Positions 15,407-27,200 of a stretch of DNA of 64,000 nt are shown here, piece by piece. The notes beneath the pieces are model-generated. The model saw nothing but the letters and a program-made list of their open reading frames with translations, was not told the origin of the DNA and did not search any database. Positions within the stretch are counted from its first letter, which is position 1, and every line of letters begins with the position of its first letter. Source of the stretch: Camelus dromedarius (Eukaryota); NCBI RefSeq assembly GCF_036321535.1, contig NC_087462.1, forward strand, positions 310,001-374,000, written 5' to 3'. The position numbers and the translations under genes are program-made.

Positions 15407-18400
15407 CTAGCGGCCGTGCGAGCCCTGTTGAACCACATCCCAGATCCAGGTCACGAAGGCCGACACTTGCGTGTACACGTCGGGGGTCTTGGGGTCACCG
15501 CACCAGAGGCCAGAGAAGGAGACAAGTCCGTGAGCCCGATTTCTGCACACCAGGGGTCCCCCAGAGTCCGCCTGGAAGAGGAGGCCAAGGTGAGGTCAGG
15601 GTCCCTCTCTAGGCTTCACTTTCCTTGAAGGAGCTGATACGTGTAAGTCTGATCAGGATCCTCCTTGCCTCAAACCCTTCCGTGACTCCCTAGTGCTCTT
15701 ACAGCAAAGACTAAACTCACTGCAGCCCTCAAGGCCTTGAAGATCCAGCCCCTACACACCTGTCTGCCTTCCTCTCCCCCTCTCTCACTTGGTTCCAGCC
15801 GTGCCAGCCTGCCTTGCTGTACCTGCAGCAAACCAAGCTCACTCCTATCTCTAGGCTTTTGCATATCCTTGAGGCCTGTTACTGCCCCCTCCTGGACACC
15901 ACTGGTATAGGTACATAAGGCTGCAGCACCCTGTGCAGTGCACGACCTGCACAGCTGTCCATGGCAGCCCTGTGACTGGTCTCTCTGCCTGGCATGCCTT
16001 CCCTCAGATCTTCTCAAGGCTCCTCCAAGTCTCAGCTCAAAGGAGCCCTCCTCAGAGAGGCCTCCCTGAATACTCACCCTGAAATCCCTGCTTTCTTCTC
16101 TCCCTTCACTTTCCCAGACCTATTTTCCTAATTGTCATCTGGAATCAGCTCTGAACCTGTGAAGTAGGTACTATTAGTGTTGCAGTTTTACAGATGGAGA
16201 AAGTGAGGTCCTGAGAAGTGAGGTGACTTTTCCTAGACCGCACATCTAGGAAGTGGCTCAGTCTGAATTTAGACCCAGGAAGCTGGGCTCCAGAATCTGA
16301 ACCACTGTACTCTCTTGGCTGGAACAGAAGACCCCCCCCCACCGCCCCCAGCTGAGTTTCTCTGTCCACACCAGGGCCAAATTTGCCATTAATACATACA
16401 AGGTCTTAGAAGCAGGAGTTTCTTCCTTGAGATCTGTTATTGCCTCCTACTGAACACTGCTTTTAAATACACAAATCGATAGCAATTTGTGCAATGCGCA
16501 ACCTGCACAGCCATACATGGCAGCCTTATGAACCTGGGCAACTCCCTGGCCTTCCATGGCCTCGGGCAAGGCCCACGTGGTCACAAGTGAGCTGGGACTT
16601 AGCCCCCAAGGCTCTGCCCAGCTCTGATCCTCTCTGTGGACCTCATTTTCCCCAGACAGGAGTCAGGCAGGCAGAGAGTATCTTACCGAGCAGAAGCCAC
16701 GCCGCTGGCGGTCCTCACTGCGGGTGCAGAGCATGGCAGGGCTCAGCTGCCCCCTCCAGGAGCTGTTGCAGACGTCCAGGCCCAGCACGCAGACCTCGGC
16801 CTCCATCAGCCCAGGTGGTGGCTCCTCAAAGTCGGACACGGAGCCCCAGCCGGCCACCTTGCACCGTGTCCCGGCCCTGAGAGGCCTGGCACCCCTCCGC
16901 GGCAGCCTCAGCAGCCCCACTGCGGGACCCAAGACGGCGGAGCGGTTCAGCTGCAGGGAGAGGGCTGGGTTTAGGACTTCGCCCAGCCACCCACCACTCC
17001 TAACTGTTTACTTTTCTGGGACACCTGGTCTCTTCTTGGCCTCATGGAGAGAAATCAGTGGTGGCCATCACTGGGCTGTTAGAGGGCCCTGCTGCTTTTG
17101 CCACCATGGGCCCCCACCCATCAGGCCTCATCTCCCTCAGACCAGGACTCCGGCCTCCCCCAGCCTCCAGGCCTCCAGGCTCACCCCCTCAGCTGCCCAA
17201 AGGGTCTTTCTAGCAAGCATCTTCCCCGATCTAAGCCCTCCCTCCTCCAGCTCCTCGTTGCCCTCAAGGTAAAGCCTCTCGGCCCTCCCCTCCAGCCAGT
17301 AAATTGACCGCCATCCCCCTAGCCCACCGCCACACGTGCTCACACTTGCTCACAGTGCAACACTGTAATCTCTTGGCTAGAACAGAAGACCCCTTCAGGC
17401 TGAATCTCTCGGCAGTGCCTTCCCTATTCAGCTTTCAGCTTAGACACCACCTCCTCCAGGAAGCCTTCCCAGACTGCCAGGCTAGGACAGACACCTCCTC
17501 TGGGCTCCCACGTGCCCCTGTCAAGGCTGGTTTACCCAGCTGCCACCCTGTAGGACTGGGGGTTCCCATGGGGCAGCCTGGGGGCTGTTTGTTCATGGCT
17601 GTGTCCCTGCTGCCTAGCACACAGCTGGTGCTCAGTCAACAGTTATGGAAGGATGATTCAGGCCCCTGGTGTGGGTACTCCCTGACCTTAGGCACATCCC
17701 TGATCATCCCAGCCTCGGTCTCACCTCTGCAGCACGGGATGGGTGAACCAGAGTAGGGGGCCCAGCCTTTGGGATTTCACAGATGAGTCAAATTCACATG
17801 CGAGCTTTGGCCGCCTACACTCACTGCCCTCTTTGTATTTTGCTGCGAGAGCACCGCACCCCAGACCCTCCTGTTCCCAGGGGCCCGTGTCTGTCCTATG
17901 GATCATCTCTCCTGTTTGATTTTTCACCACATTTTGACAGCATTTTGGGGATGTTCTCTCTTTCAAGTAGAAGCCTCAGAGTGCCTGGAATTGAATTTGG
18001 GGCTCCTGGATGGGAGCTGCGGGAGGGGTGGTCCCCTGAGCAGGAGGGGCCACGTGGGGTCCAAATAGATGCACAGCTGTGGGCAGGGAGCAAAGCCACA
18101 CAGAGGCCTGGGGAGGGGGAAGGGGGTGGGGTCTTTGGTGGCCCTAGAGTCCCATTTGTCAACTTTTTCAGCATGAACATTGAGCACCTGCGGTGTACCA
18201 TTTCTGGCCTTAAACGAGAGCAAAATCCCTGCCCTTGAGGCTGGGAGGAGGCAGTGAACAACAGTGATGGAGCCAGTGGTGCAGGTGCTGCTAACAGGAG
18301 TGGGCAGTGCTGACACCGGAGAGGTGGGGTTAGGTGAAGAGATGGGAGATGCGGCAGAGCAGATGGTGACAACTGAGCAAAGACTTGGAAGCCACGCAGA

Positions 18401-19827
18401 GTCTGGGGATGGGTGCACCAGGAGGGGCACGGCCAGTGAAAAGACCCAGGGGTGGGAGCCTATTGGGAATGCTGGTAGCTCAACGAGGAAGGTGTCTGGG
18501 GGCCGAGGGGGAAAGCGTGGGAGGTGTGGAGGGCAGAGGGATGTGACCCGACTGTTTCCAGGTGTCTTTAAAACAGGTCAGGCCATTGCAGGGTGGTAGG
18601 GACAGGCTTCCCGCCCCCAGGAAGCTCACCTGTAGCAGACAGATGTCACTGGCATGAGTCGTGGGCTGGTAGTCGGGATGTGTGACAGCAGCCGAGATGC
18701 TGAACACCTGCTGTGTGGCCTCTGATGTGTTCAGGGCGTGGGCCCCCAGCACCACCAGGCCCATGTGGGGGTCTCTGCAGGTGGGGAGGGAGCACTGTGA
18801 GCGAGACTGGGGTGAGGGCTGCCCAGCATGGGCCTTGGTGTCCCTCCATCTGTGAAACCGGATTGGGGGGAGCAGGGGGGAGCAAATCCGTTTAATCCTC
18901 CTGCCAGCCGAGATGATAAGCATTGTGTTTATTACCATTCCCACCTTGATGATGGAATTAACTCCAATCACTGCTATGCTAATTACAATGCTGATAAAAA
19001 TACACTGAGAGTATCACACTCACTATATTTATATTTATTATAATCCCCACCTTAATTGTAGTCTTGCCTCCAATGATTGCAGCATTAATGTTGGTGACAG
19101 TTAGAACAGCGGACTCACGATGACCGTGCCAGTTGTAGCGCTGTGGGCACAGCGGCTGCTCCTCCTGTATTTCTCCTGCTGCCCCCCCCCCACCATTGTC
19201 TGGTAAACTGGGCCCAGCTCAGAGTTCCTTCTGCACAAGCCCCTGTCTCACCCAGAGCTGGTGGGAGGAGGACCTGGGCCAGGGCTCACCGGTGGCTGAA
19301 GCAGTGGGCAGCTGAGATGACCCAGCGCGGCCGCAGCAGGAAGCCCCCACAGTGGTGCTGGCCCTCGAAGTTCACGGACGCCATGTAGGGTCGGGAATGG
19401 GGGGTCACCTCGTGGCCCCCGATGATCCGTGCCCCCCAGGAGCTCGCAGGCAGGGGTGGGCCGGGGAGAAGGGCTGATGGAGACCGCTTAGGTGCTGGCT
19501 GGGCTGGGGGAGAAAGGGGCAGAGATGGAGAGATGCAGAGCAGGGCCTGGAGTTTGCTCGGAGTGGGTCCCGACCTCACGAAACTGGGCCTGGGCCTGAC
19601 CAAGACTCCAGCTGGTCCTCCTGCCCCACTCCCAGTGGAGACCTTAGAGAACAGCCTTCTGGGGGATTGAGTAGCTGCATCAGGCAGGGGCCCGCATGGG
19701 TGTACCTGGGGTTTCCCGGGCTTGGGCGGGGCAACAGGGGCGCCTCACCTGGGGGCCTCATGGGCAGCACCAGGGCAGTTGTCACAGCCAGCAGCAGGCA
19801 GTCCCGGCCTCCCACCCTGGGCCCCAT
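15407..19827 (-). CDS. PRSS57: Serine protease 57 / neutrophil serine protease 4; complement(join(15407..15571,16687..16950,18630..18774,19290..19443 or 19473,19749..19827))
   Basis: Signal peptide, mature N-terminus [17 protein letters not shown], His motif SAAHC, Asp motif ASDICLL, Ser motif GFCSADSGGP (NSP4-type), VSFSG and KTPDVY. The exon-2 acceptor is anomalous (see findings). Confidence 0.93.
16160..16320 (+). mobile_element. MIR SINE (one of many MIR/L2 remnants across the window)
   Basis: TTTTACAGATGGAGAAAGTGAGGTCCTGAGAAGTGAGGTGACTT MIR core. Confidence 0.7.
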
Positions 19828-19886
19828 GGCTGTCACAGGCTGGCGTCTCCCTTGAGAGCTCCGCAGGCCACAGCCCCCACCCTCTC

Positions 19887-19999
19887 TAACGGCCCAGAAA
19901 GGGGGAACTGGGCTGTGGCCTGTGGTCAGAGGCCCTGGCCCCGCCAGCAACGCCCAGTTCTGAACTGGTCCTGCCTTGGGGCTGTGGGTGGTAACCACA
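19887..19999 (-). promoter_or_regulatory. PRSS57 proximal promoter with myeloid TF motifs
   Basis: MYB TAACGG 19887-19892, PU.1-like AAAGGGGGAACTG 19898-19910, RUNX TGTGGT 19921-19926 and AACCACA 19993-19999; 60-170 nt upstream of the ATG. Confidence 0.55.
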
Positions 20000-21654
20000 C
20001 TGCATGGAGGCCAAGAGCCAGGGCAGTGGGGGGCGGCAAGGGGGCTCTGGCTGCCTGGCCGTGTGACCCCAGAGGTCCCTCTGCTCTCCGTGCCTCAGTT
20101 TACCCAGCACGTCCCTGCTGAGAGTGTGCGGACCTTCCCACAGCACCTGGTACACAGTTGGCTGCTGCCTCTCAGGGTTGGGAGCCAGCTCTCCGGTTGA
20201 AGGAGGTAGGGTTCCAGCCCTGCCTGTCACTGCCTGAACCTGCTTCCCCACGTGCAACCCCAGTCCCTGGAAAGCCTTGTGGCCACTGCTGTGTTTGTTG
20301 CATGTACTGAGTGTCTGCTGTATGCCGGCCTCCAGTAGGTGCTGGAGGTGGCTCACAGTGGTGTCAAGGCCCCCGCCCTCGCGGTGCTGACGGTTTTCAG
20401 GGTTGGGGGCACAGAGGCGGTGATCTGGGTCCATGGCTGAAGCGGGCACTGGTGACTCGAGAACACCAGGATTGTGGGGGTCAGTCCAGGGCCTTGAAGG
20501 AGGGGCTCAGGGGCTTCTCCTGTGGGGCCTGGGAAGCTGTGGAGGCTTTGGAGCAGGGAGGGAGTGGCAAGGCCTCGGGAGCCTAGGGGACAGGCGGGTC
20601 GGAGGCTGCGTGCCGCTTGGGAGAGGCTTTGCTGAGGCCTTGCGCCGCCTCGCCTGTCTGTCATGAAGAAGGAGGCACAGCAGAATGTCCAGGAAGCAGG
20701 CGTCCCCGCACCACATCTGGGAGAAGGACCGGGAGCTGGGGCTCACCCTGCAGAGAGAGGGTGGCCAGGGTCACGGTTAGGGGCAGAGAGAGGGTGGGCC
20801 GGTGATGCCCACCATGGGACAGAGGCTGCAGGGCGCTGGGCTGCACACATCTTGGAGCCTCGGAATGTCTCGCATGAGGCCCCTCGCCAGGCCTGGGGGA
20901 CCACAGCGGCCCCCGTCAGAGCATCACCCAGCAGCATGACCGCAGGTGCAGAGTGGGTCCCTCCTGGGCAGGGCGTGGGGTTGACAGAGAAGGAGGGTGG
21001 AGCTGGAGGTGGGGAGAGATCCAGGGACAGAGACAGAGAGAGAGACAGAGAGGCAGAGATAAAGTAAGAGAGAGAGAGACAGAGGGAGAGACAGAGGAGT
21101 AACAGGAATTACAGTAAGGATGATCATGGCTGGAGGCCTCCCCAGCTCCAGGCTTTGTCCTGAGCCCGTTCACCAGCCTGGATCCTTCCCTTTCCTCTGA
21201 GGTGGGGTTGCCCTGCCTGGCCCAGCCAGCCAGGCCACCCCGAGGAGCTGGGGGTCTTGGGGTCTGGCTGGGCATCACAGAGCAGGCAGGGCACAGTCGC
21301 ATACGTTGTGTGGAAGAAAGCCAGTGGACTCAGCGTGGGCCAGCTTGGGCCCCAGGACCACCCTGAAGGTGCTGAGGCTCCTGCTGCCAGAGGTGCAGGC
21401 ATGGGCCGCTGAGGCTGGAGCCCTCCAGACCTGCAGCCCACCCCTCAGGCAGCCACTTGCCAGGCCACCTCATGGTGCTCAGCACCCCGGCAGCCGCAGG
21501 AGACGTCACACAGACGTGTTTCTCCCTGGCTGTAGGGGCACAATCCCACCTTTCAGGGTCCCTGTGGGGCAAGGTGGGTGAGCAAGGGCCTTCCACTGAA
21601 CCCCCGAATATCGCCAGGCTCTCACACATGCCTGGCACTTGTGAGTGACTGTGA

Positions 21655-22085
21655 GTCTCCTGCCACTGCTGTAACGACCACCACAAACTTCGTGGCCTCA
21701 AACCACACAGATTGATTCTCCGATAGTCCTCGGGTCAGGAGTCCTGCTCAGGCCTCATGGGGCTCAATCCAGGCATGTGCAGGGGGTGTCTGTCCGGAGG
21801 CTCCAGGGAGAACCGGCTCCTGCCTCTTCCAGCTTCTAGAGGCGCCGCATCCCTGGCTCGCGGCCCCCCCTCCATCCTCACCGCCAGCAGCACAGCATCT
21901 CCGTCTCTCTCTGACTCTGACCCCCCACCTCCCACTGATGAGGACTCTGTGATGACACCAGGTCCCCTAGGAATCCAGGGTCACCTCCGTCCCAGGGACC
22001 TTAACTTAATCCCCCCCTGCAGAGTCCCTTCTGCCGTGAGAGGGGTCCGGGGACTAGAACGGGACATCGTGGGGCAGTATTTAGC
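21655..22085 (+). mobile_element. MLT1-type LTR, GC-shifted
   Basis: GCTGTAACGACCACCACAAACTTCGTGGCCTCAAACC..CTTCCAGCTTCTAGAGGC..GGACTAGAACGGGACATC. Confidence 0.75.
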
Positions 22086-24615
22086 CAACCTCTGTTCCCT
22101 GTGTTTCAGGGGTGTTATCATCATCCCTGCTTTACAGACAAGGAAACTGAGGCACAGCCTTGGAAACGGCAGGGAGAGGGCGAAACCCGCTGGTCTGGGA
22201 ACCAGCCCTGCTGGCCTGAAGACACCTGGGTTCTAGCCCAGCGAGGCCCACTGACCAGGCCATCGCGTGTCATTCTGAGCCACTGGGTCTGCAGCGATGG
22301 TCACAGCAGCTGCAGGAATGCAGCACGGCCTGGGGCCAGGAGGAAAACAGAAACCACGAGGGCGGAGGGAGTTGTTTCTGGGGCTCGGCTAGAGCCAGGC
22401 CCCGCGTTTCCCTCTGAAGTCAATGCCTCGGTAGTGGAGGGTTCCTTGGGAGACTTTGGTAGCTCCTGTCCACTCTGGACCCAGGCCTGGGGCTGTCCTG
22501 TCACTGCTCCCCCAACCCCAGGCCTCGGTCACTTCCCCAGCCACACCCCCCTGGGGGCAGATAGGTACGAGTATTACCTGAAGCTGCAGGTGTGTGGAAT
22601 ACGTTCAGTCCTACAGCAACCCAAGGCTGTCAGTATTGTTTCTGTCCCCATGTTACTGACGGGGAAACAGAGGCACAGAGACGTTAAGCTCTTGACGAGG
22701 GCTGCACAGCAAGGGAGCAGTGCGGCCAGGGTTGCAGCCTCAGGCCAGCCCCTGTTGGCTCTGCCAGGGGTCGAGCCTCCCCACAGCCTGGCCTATTTCC
22801 TTCTTGTCTGCTGAGCAGTTGTGAAACCAGCAACCGTCCTTCACGTTCCAGACAACCAAGCCCCTTGAAGCCCTGAGGAGTGGCCTGGGTGGGACTCAGT
22901 ATCTCCAGTTCCTAAACAGAGGCCCAGAAAGGGGAGCCCAGCTGGTCCATACAGGGTCTTGAACCCAGAACTCCAAGACTGTCATCCCTGAAGAGTCTTT
23001 CCATGGAGGATTTGGGTGGCTTTCCAAGTCAGAGCCGACTCAACAACAATAATGGTGACAGTGACAATGACAATAATAATAATAATAGCTCCTTTTACTG
23101 AATGCTTACACTTGTTATTGATTTGTTGGGGCTCTTTATATACTGAGGAGATTAGCTCATAGTCAGTTCCTGAGCAACTGAGTGGGGCATGCATGCAGAA
23201 GGTGCTCATCACCTAGCCCTGAGTGGGGCATGCAGCTGGTGCTCAGTAGGTGCACAGCCCCTTCCCACAGCCCAAAACAGCTGCAGAAGCATGGAGGGTG
23301 GTCAAGAACCCCTGAGAATTTGAGAAAAGCTCAAAATCGTCCCAGGAACCCCCAAGACTTGGTGTCGGAGCTCAGGGACCCCATCCCACCCCCAGCTGGC
23401 TCCTGTGTGCCTGAGTTTCCTCGTCTGTGAGTGGGGCTGGTGCTTGGAACAGGGCACAGGCCAGACGTCAGTCAGTGACACTTTTCCTTAAATCCCACAC
23501 TTCACTTTTTAACCCCATTAACTCACATTCCAAGGAAATTGCTTCTTCTTTCTTGAAGTGGACGACAAGGCCTCAAGAATAAACAGCCCTCCCAACAGCC
23601 CTTCCAACTGCAGCCAGACCCACTCTGGATGGCAGCCAGGATCAGTGTGGGGTCGTGATGGACACCATTACCCCTTGCAGACCTTCTCCTGGACCTGGAG
23701 AAAGGGTCGTGTAGGTGTGAGCACCTGGCATGTGGGGGCCCTGACAAGCCCATTCCATGGATGGGTGAACCAAGGCCGGCGGGCAGAGCCTCACCTCCTC
23801 TACCTTGTCTGCCCTCAGAGCCTCCAGGATTTCTGCTGGGAGGGGCAGTGGGGGAAGCAGCTTGGCTACCGTTGGGGTCCCCAAGCTGCCCCCACAGCTG
23901 TCTGAGCCTCTGTCCCCTCCTCTGGGGAATGGGTGAGCTAGGTGCCTCTCTGAGGCCGCTGGCGAGAGCTCAGCCAGGGGCTGGGTGCTCTGGACGCCCT
24001 CATCTGTGAACTGGACACCAGCGCCATCCTTCCCTCGGGAAAGTCAGAGGAGACAGTGGGAGACTGGCAGTCATTCATACCACGAGCGTTTACTGAGCGC
24101 CTGCTGTGTGCTGGCTCTACTGGCTGAGCGCCTGCTGTGTGCTGGCTCGGCTGGCATGCCGGGGACACATCTCTGCCTGGTGGAACCAGGAAACAACAGC
24201 AAGACATCATCCACAGCAGAATTAAGTGGGAAAAGAGTGACCAGAGTGGGTGAGGAGCACAAGGAAGGGGCAGGGTTTTAGTGCCACTGGGAAGGTGGGG
24301 AGGGTGCTCATGGAGGAGGGTGCGTGTCTAGGGCGGGGGAAGGAAAGGCACCTTCAAGGGCTCAGCTGGGCCCCAGGAGCCAGGCTGCAGGGCCCTGGGG
24401 AGCTATAGAAGTGTCTGAGTGGGGCAGGTGAGGGCGAGGGGAGGAGGGGAGAGGGGCAGGGAGACCCTGGGGGCTGTGGGCTGAGCTGGGGTCAGGGCTG
24501 GGAAAGGAAGGGGTCTCTGACCCAGGAACAGGGAGGAGTGGGGTCTTGGGGCCCACACAGAGCCCAGTGTGAGACCCCCTGGAGTCCAAGGCCCAGAGGA
24601 CGTTGAGGGTGGGCA

Positions 24616-24793
24616 TGCCTATTTTGTAAATAAAGATTTATTGGCACACAGCCACACAACATGGCCCATATGGCCTCTGGCCACTATAGCATTGCAATGG
24701 CGGAGCTGAGTCCTTGCGACAGAGACCCACTGGCCCGCAATGCCGAAAAGATTTACTGTCTGGCCCTTTACAGAAAAAGTTTGTCAACCCCTG
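24616..24793 (+). mobile_element. MER58A-like hAT-Charlie DNA transposon remnant
   Basis: TTTTGTAAATAAAGATTTATTGGCACACAGCCAC..TGGCCCTTTACAGAAAAAGTTTGTCAACCCCTG matches the recalled MER58A consensus, including the right TIR. Confidence 0.8.
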
Positions 24794-25999
24794 AGTGAGC
24801 ATGTGCTAGGCCCTGTTCCAAGTCCTTCGCCTATATTCACTCCGTAAACCCTCCCAGCAGTCCTAGGAGGTGGGGAAGTGAGGCTCAGAGAGGTTAAGAA
24901 GCAGACCCAAGGTTACACAGCACACTTAGAGAAAAGCTGGCCCCCAGAGCCCTGATGGTTCCCGGAGTCTTCGTGTTGGTTCCACCTTGGCTCATTTATC
25001 TCACTGTTTTCACGCTAAATGGATGCACGGTCATTGTAAACGGTGGGCAAAGGCCTGTGAGGGGGAAGGCAGCCCCCCCCGCCCCCCCCGAGGCTGGGGC
25101 ATGTCCTGCCCCATCTTTCTCCAGCACTCATCCAAGGCTGTTTCCCGTTACACCCCTGGTGACTGAGCACCTGCTGGGCAGGTTTGTAAGACAGCAAAAC
25201 CTAAGAGGTTTGGAAGAATCTCTCTCTCTGCCCCCCACCCCCGCCCCACTGAGTAAGTGGGTTTGGGGCCTGAGGGCGCGTGTTCTTCTCAGAACATGTT
25301 GGTGGAAACAGGTCCTGCCTCAGTCCTGGTTGGTAGGGTCCACATGGTGACACATGTAGTGTGAAGAACTCTGTCTACCCTAGGAACCGAGGGGGTGGCA
25401 GGGGACGGAGTTGGCGGTAACCTCTGTAACCCTGGGGAGCTCCACCTCTAGCCCTGTTCAGGACTCACCCTGAACCCCAACCTAGGCATCCAGCTGCCCA
25501 CCCAGCATTCCCCACTGTCACCTCCTGGGCACCGTTCATGTCCGCGTGCCCTTCCAGGGGCTCAGCTTGCAGACGGGGACCCTGATGCCTGTCATCCCAC
25601 ATCCTGTCCAGTGGCAATCCTGTCATCTCCCCTTCAAGATCCATCCAAGAATCCACCCGGTTCTCAACCTGGTTGAGCCTCCGCCATGTCCCTGGGGGTC
25701 CTAGGTCAGTTCAGCCTCTTCTGGACTCCAAGCCCTCCCCCTCCCCTGCCATTGGCCTCCTTCATCCGTTCCCCACCTGGCAGCCCCAGTGGCCCTCACA
25801 CACATAAACTGAGGTGACTCCTCTCCTGCTCTAAACTCCGCTGTGGCTCCCCAGTGCCCTTTGTTCTCCCTACTCCCTCCATTATCCCCCTCTCACTCAG
25901 GCCTGTTGGTGCGGCAGAGCTGTGGGTCAGATGAAATTCCTTAAGCCTCGTCCACCCGGCTCGGAAGACCAGCAGCTTCTCTCATTATGATTCCTCCTC

Positions 26000-26484
26000 A
26001 TACAGGCCTGGCTCAGTCCCACCGCCGGCCTTTGGAGCTTGCAGGGCCGGCCACCTGGCCGCTCTTTGCAGATACTCCCGCAGATGGTCTCAGGACCCTC
26101 CTCCGGCTGCCGGCTGCAGGCTGCAGAGACGTCAGCCCCTCAGAGCGGCCCCCCCCCGACCTCCCCCGGTCAGTTGTCCCCGTCCGCGCCCCCTTTGGCC
26201 CGGGAGCTGGGAGGGGCGGGATTGGTGGCGGCCTCGGCGGGGTCCCAGGCCGGCGCCCAGACCGCCTGGGCCTGAGAGTCGGCCCGGCACGGAGACGGAA
26301 TGAATGAGTCTGGGAGGCCCTGGGACGCGGCGCCGGCCGGGCCGGAGGTTCCGGCGGGACCGGCGGGCCGGCGCGCGGTGACCGCGGCGCTGCGGCGGCG
26401 GCGGCGGCGGCGGCGGCCGGCAGGAGGCGCAGCGCGGGAGCCGGCGGGAGGCGGGGAGCCGACGGGAGGGGGCGAGAGCGAAGC

Positions 26485-26518
<34 letters not shown>

Positions 26519-27200
26519 GCGCGCCCAGCCCACCCCCCCGCGCCCGCCGCCGCGCGGACAATAAACAGCCGCGCGCGGGGCGATGCCCGCGCCGGTGCCG
26601 CCGCCCCCGCGCCGCGCAGCCCCGGCCGCCAGGCCTTAGCCCGCCCGCCGCCGGCCCTCCCCGCGCGCCCCCGCGCGCCCCGCGCCCGCCCCCGCCCGGC
26701 CTCGCGGACCCACGGACCTCGGCGGGGAAATGGAGTGAGTAGGCGCGCTCCGGCCGGGGGCGCCCCGGAGGGAGCCTGAGACCCCCACCCCCCCACCCAC
26801 GGCCCACCCCCGGGCCGTCGCGGTCCTCGCGTGGGGAGGTGGGTGGCGAGGGGCTTCCGGGACCCCTACTCGGCTGGGGAGGGACACGGGCTGCGCAGTG
26901 CCCGCTCGGAGGCCACCCCCTACCCCGCCCTGGCGGCCCACGGGCTAATGGGGACTCGGGAGGCAGCGGCTGGGGGCAGCCCGGGACGCGTGCAGGGTGG
27001 GGGTGGGTGCTGTGTCTCTGCCCGCGCCCCAGGGCGGGCCGCGGCCTTCGTCCACCTGTGGGCCCCCAAGCGGGCTCCCTGGGGCCAGGGGGCGACCCCT
27101 CCCCATGGCACCGCCGGCTTTGAGCTCACTCCCCCACCCCCAACATGAGCTCGCTGCTCCCTGCTGCCTGGACGCGGGCACCGGCCAGTCCTGCCTTGCC
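26000..27200 (+). promoter_or_regulatory. CpG island / PALM promoter
   Basis: Extreme GC/CpG density; (GCG)8 at 26392-26415, (GCG)11 at 26485-26517; lone AT element ACAATAAACA at 26558-26567. Confidence 0.85.

Noticed and set aside
24093-24148. 25-nt direct repeat (two copies)
   Set aside because: Small slippage duplication inside an L2-like remnant.
26013-26807. Long Ala/Arg/Pro-rich ORFs over CpG islands (also 8050-8829, 8236-8832)
   Set aside because: Expected from stop-codon scarcity at very high GC. Low complexity, no recognisable domain.
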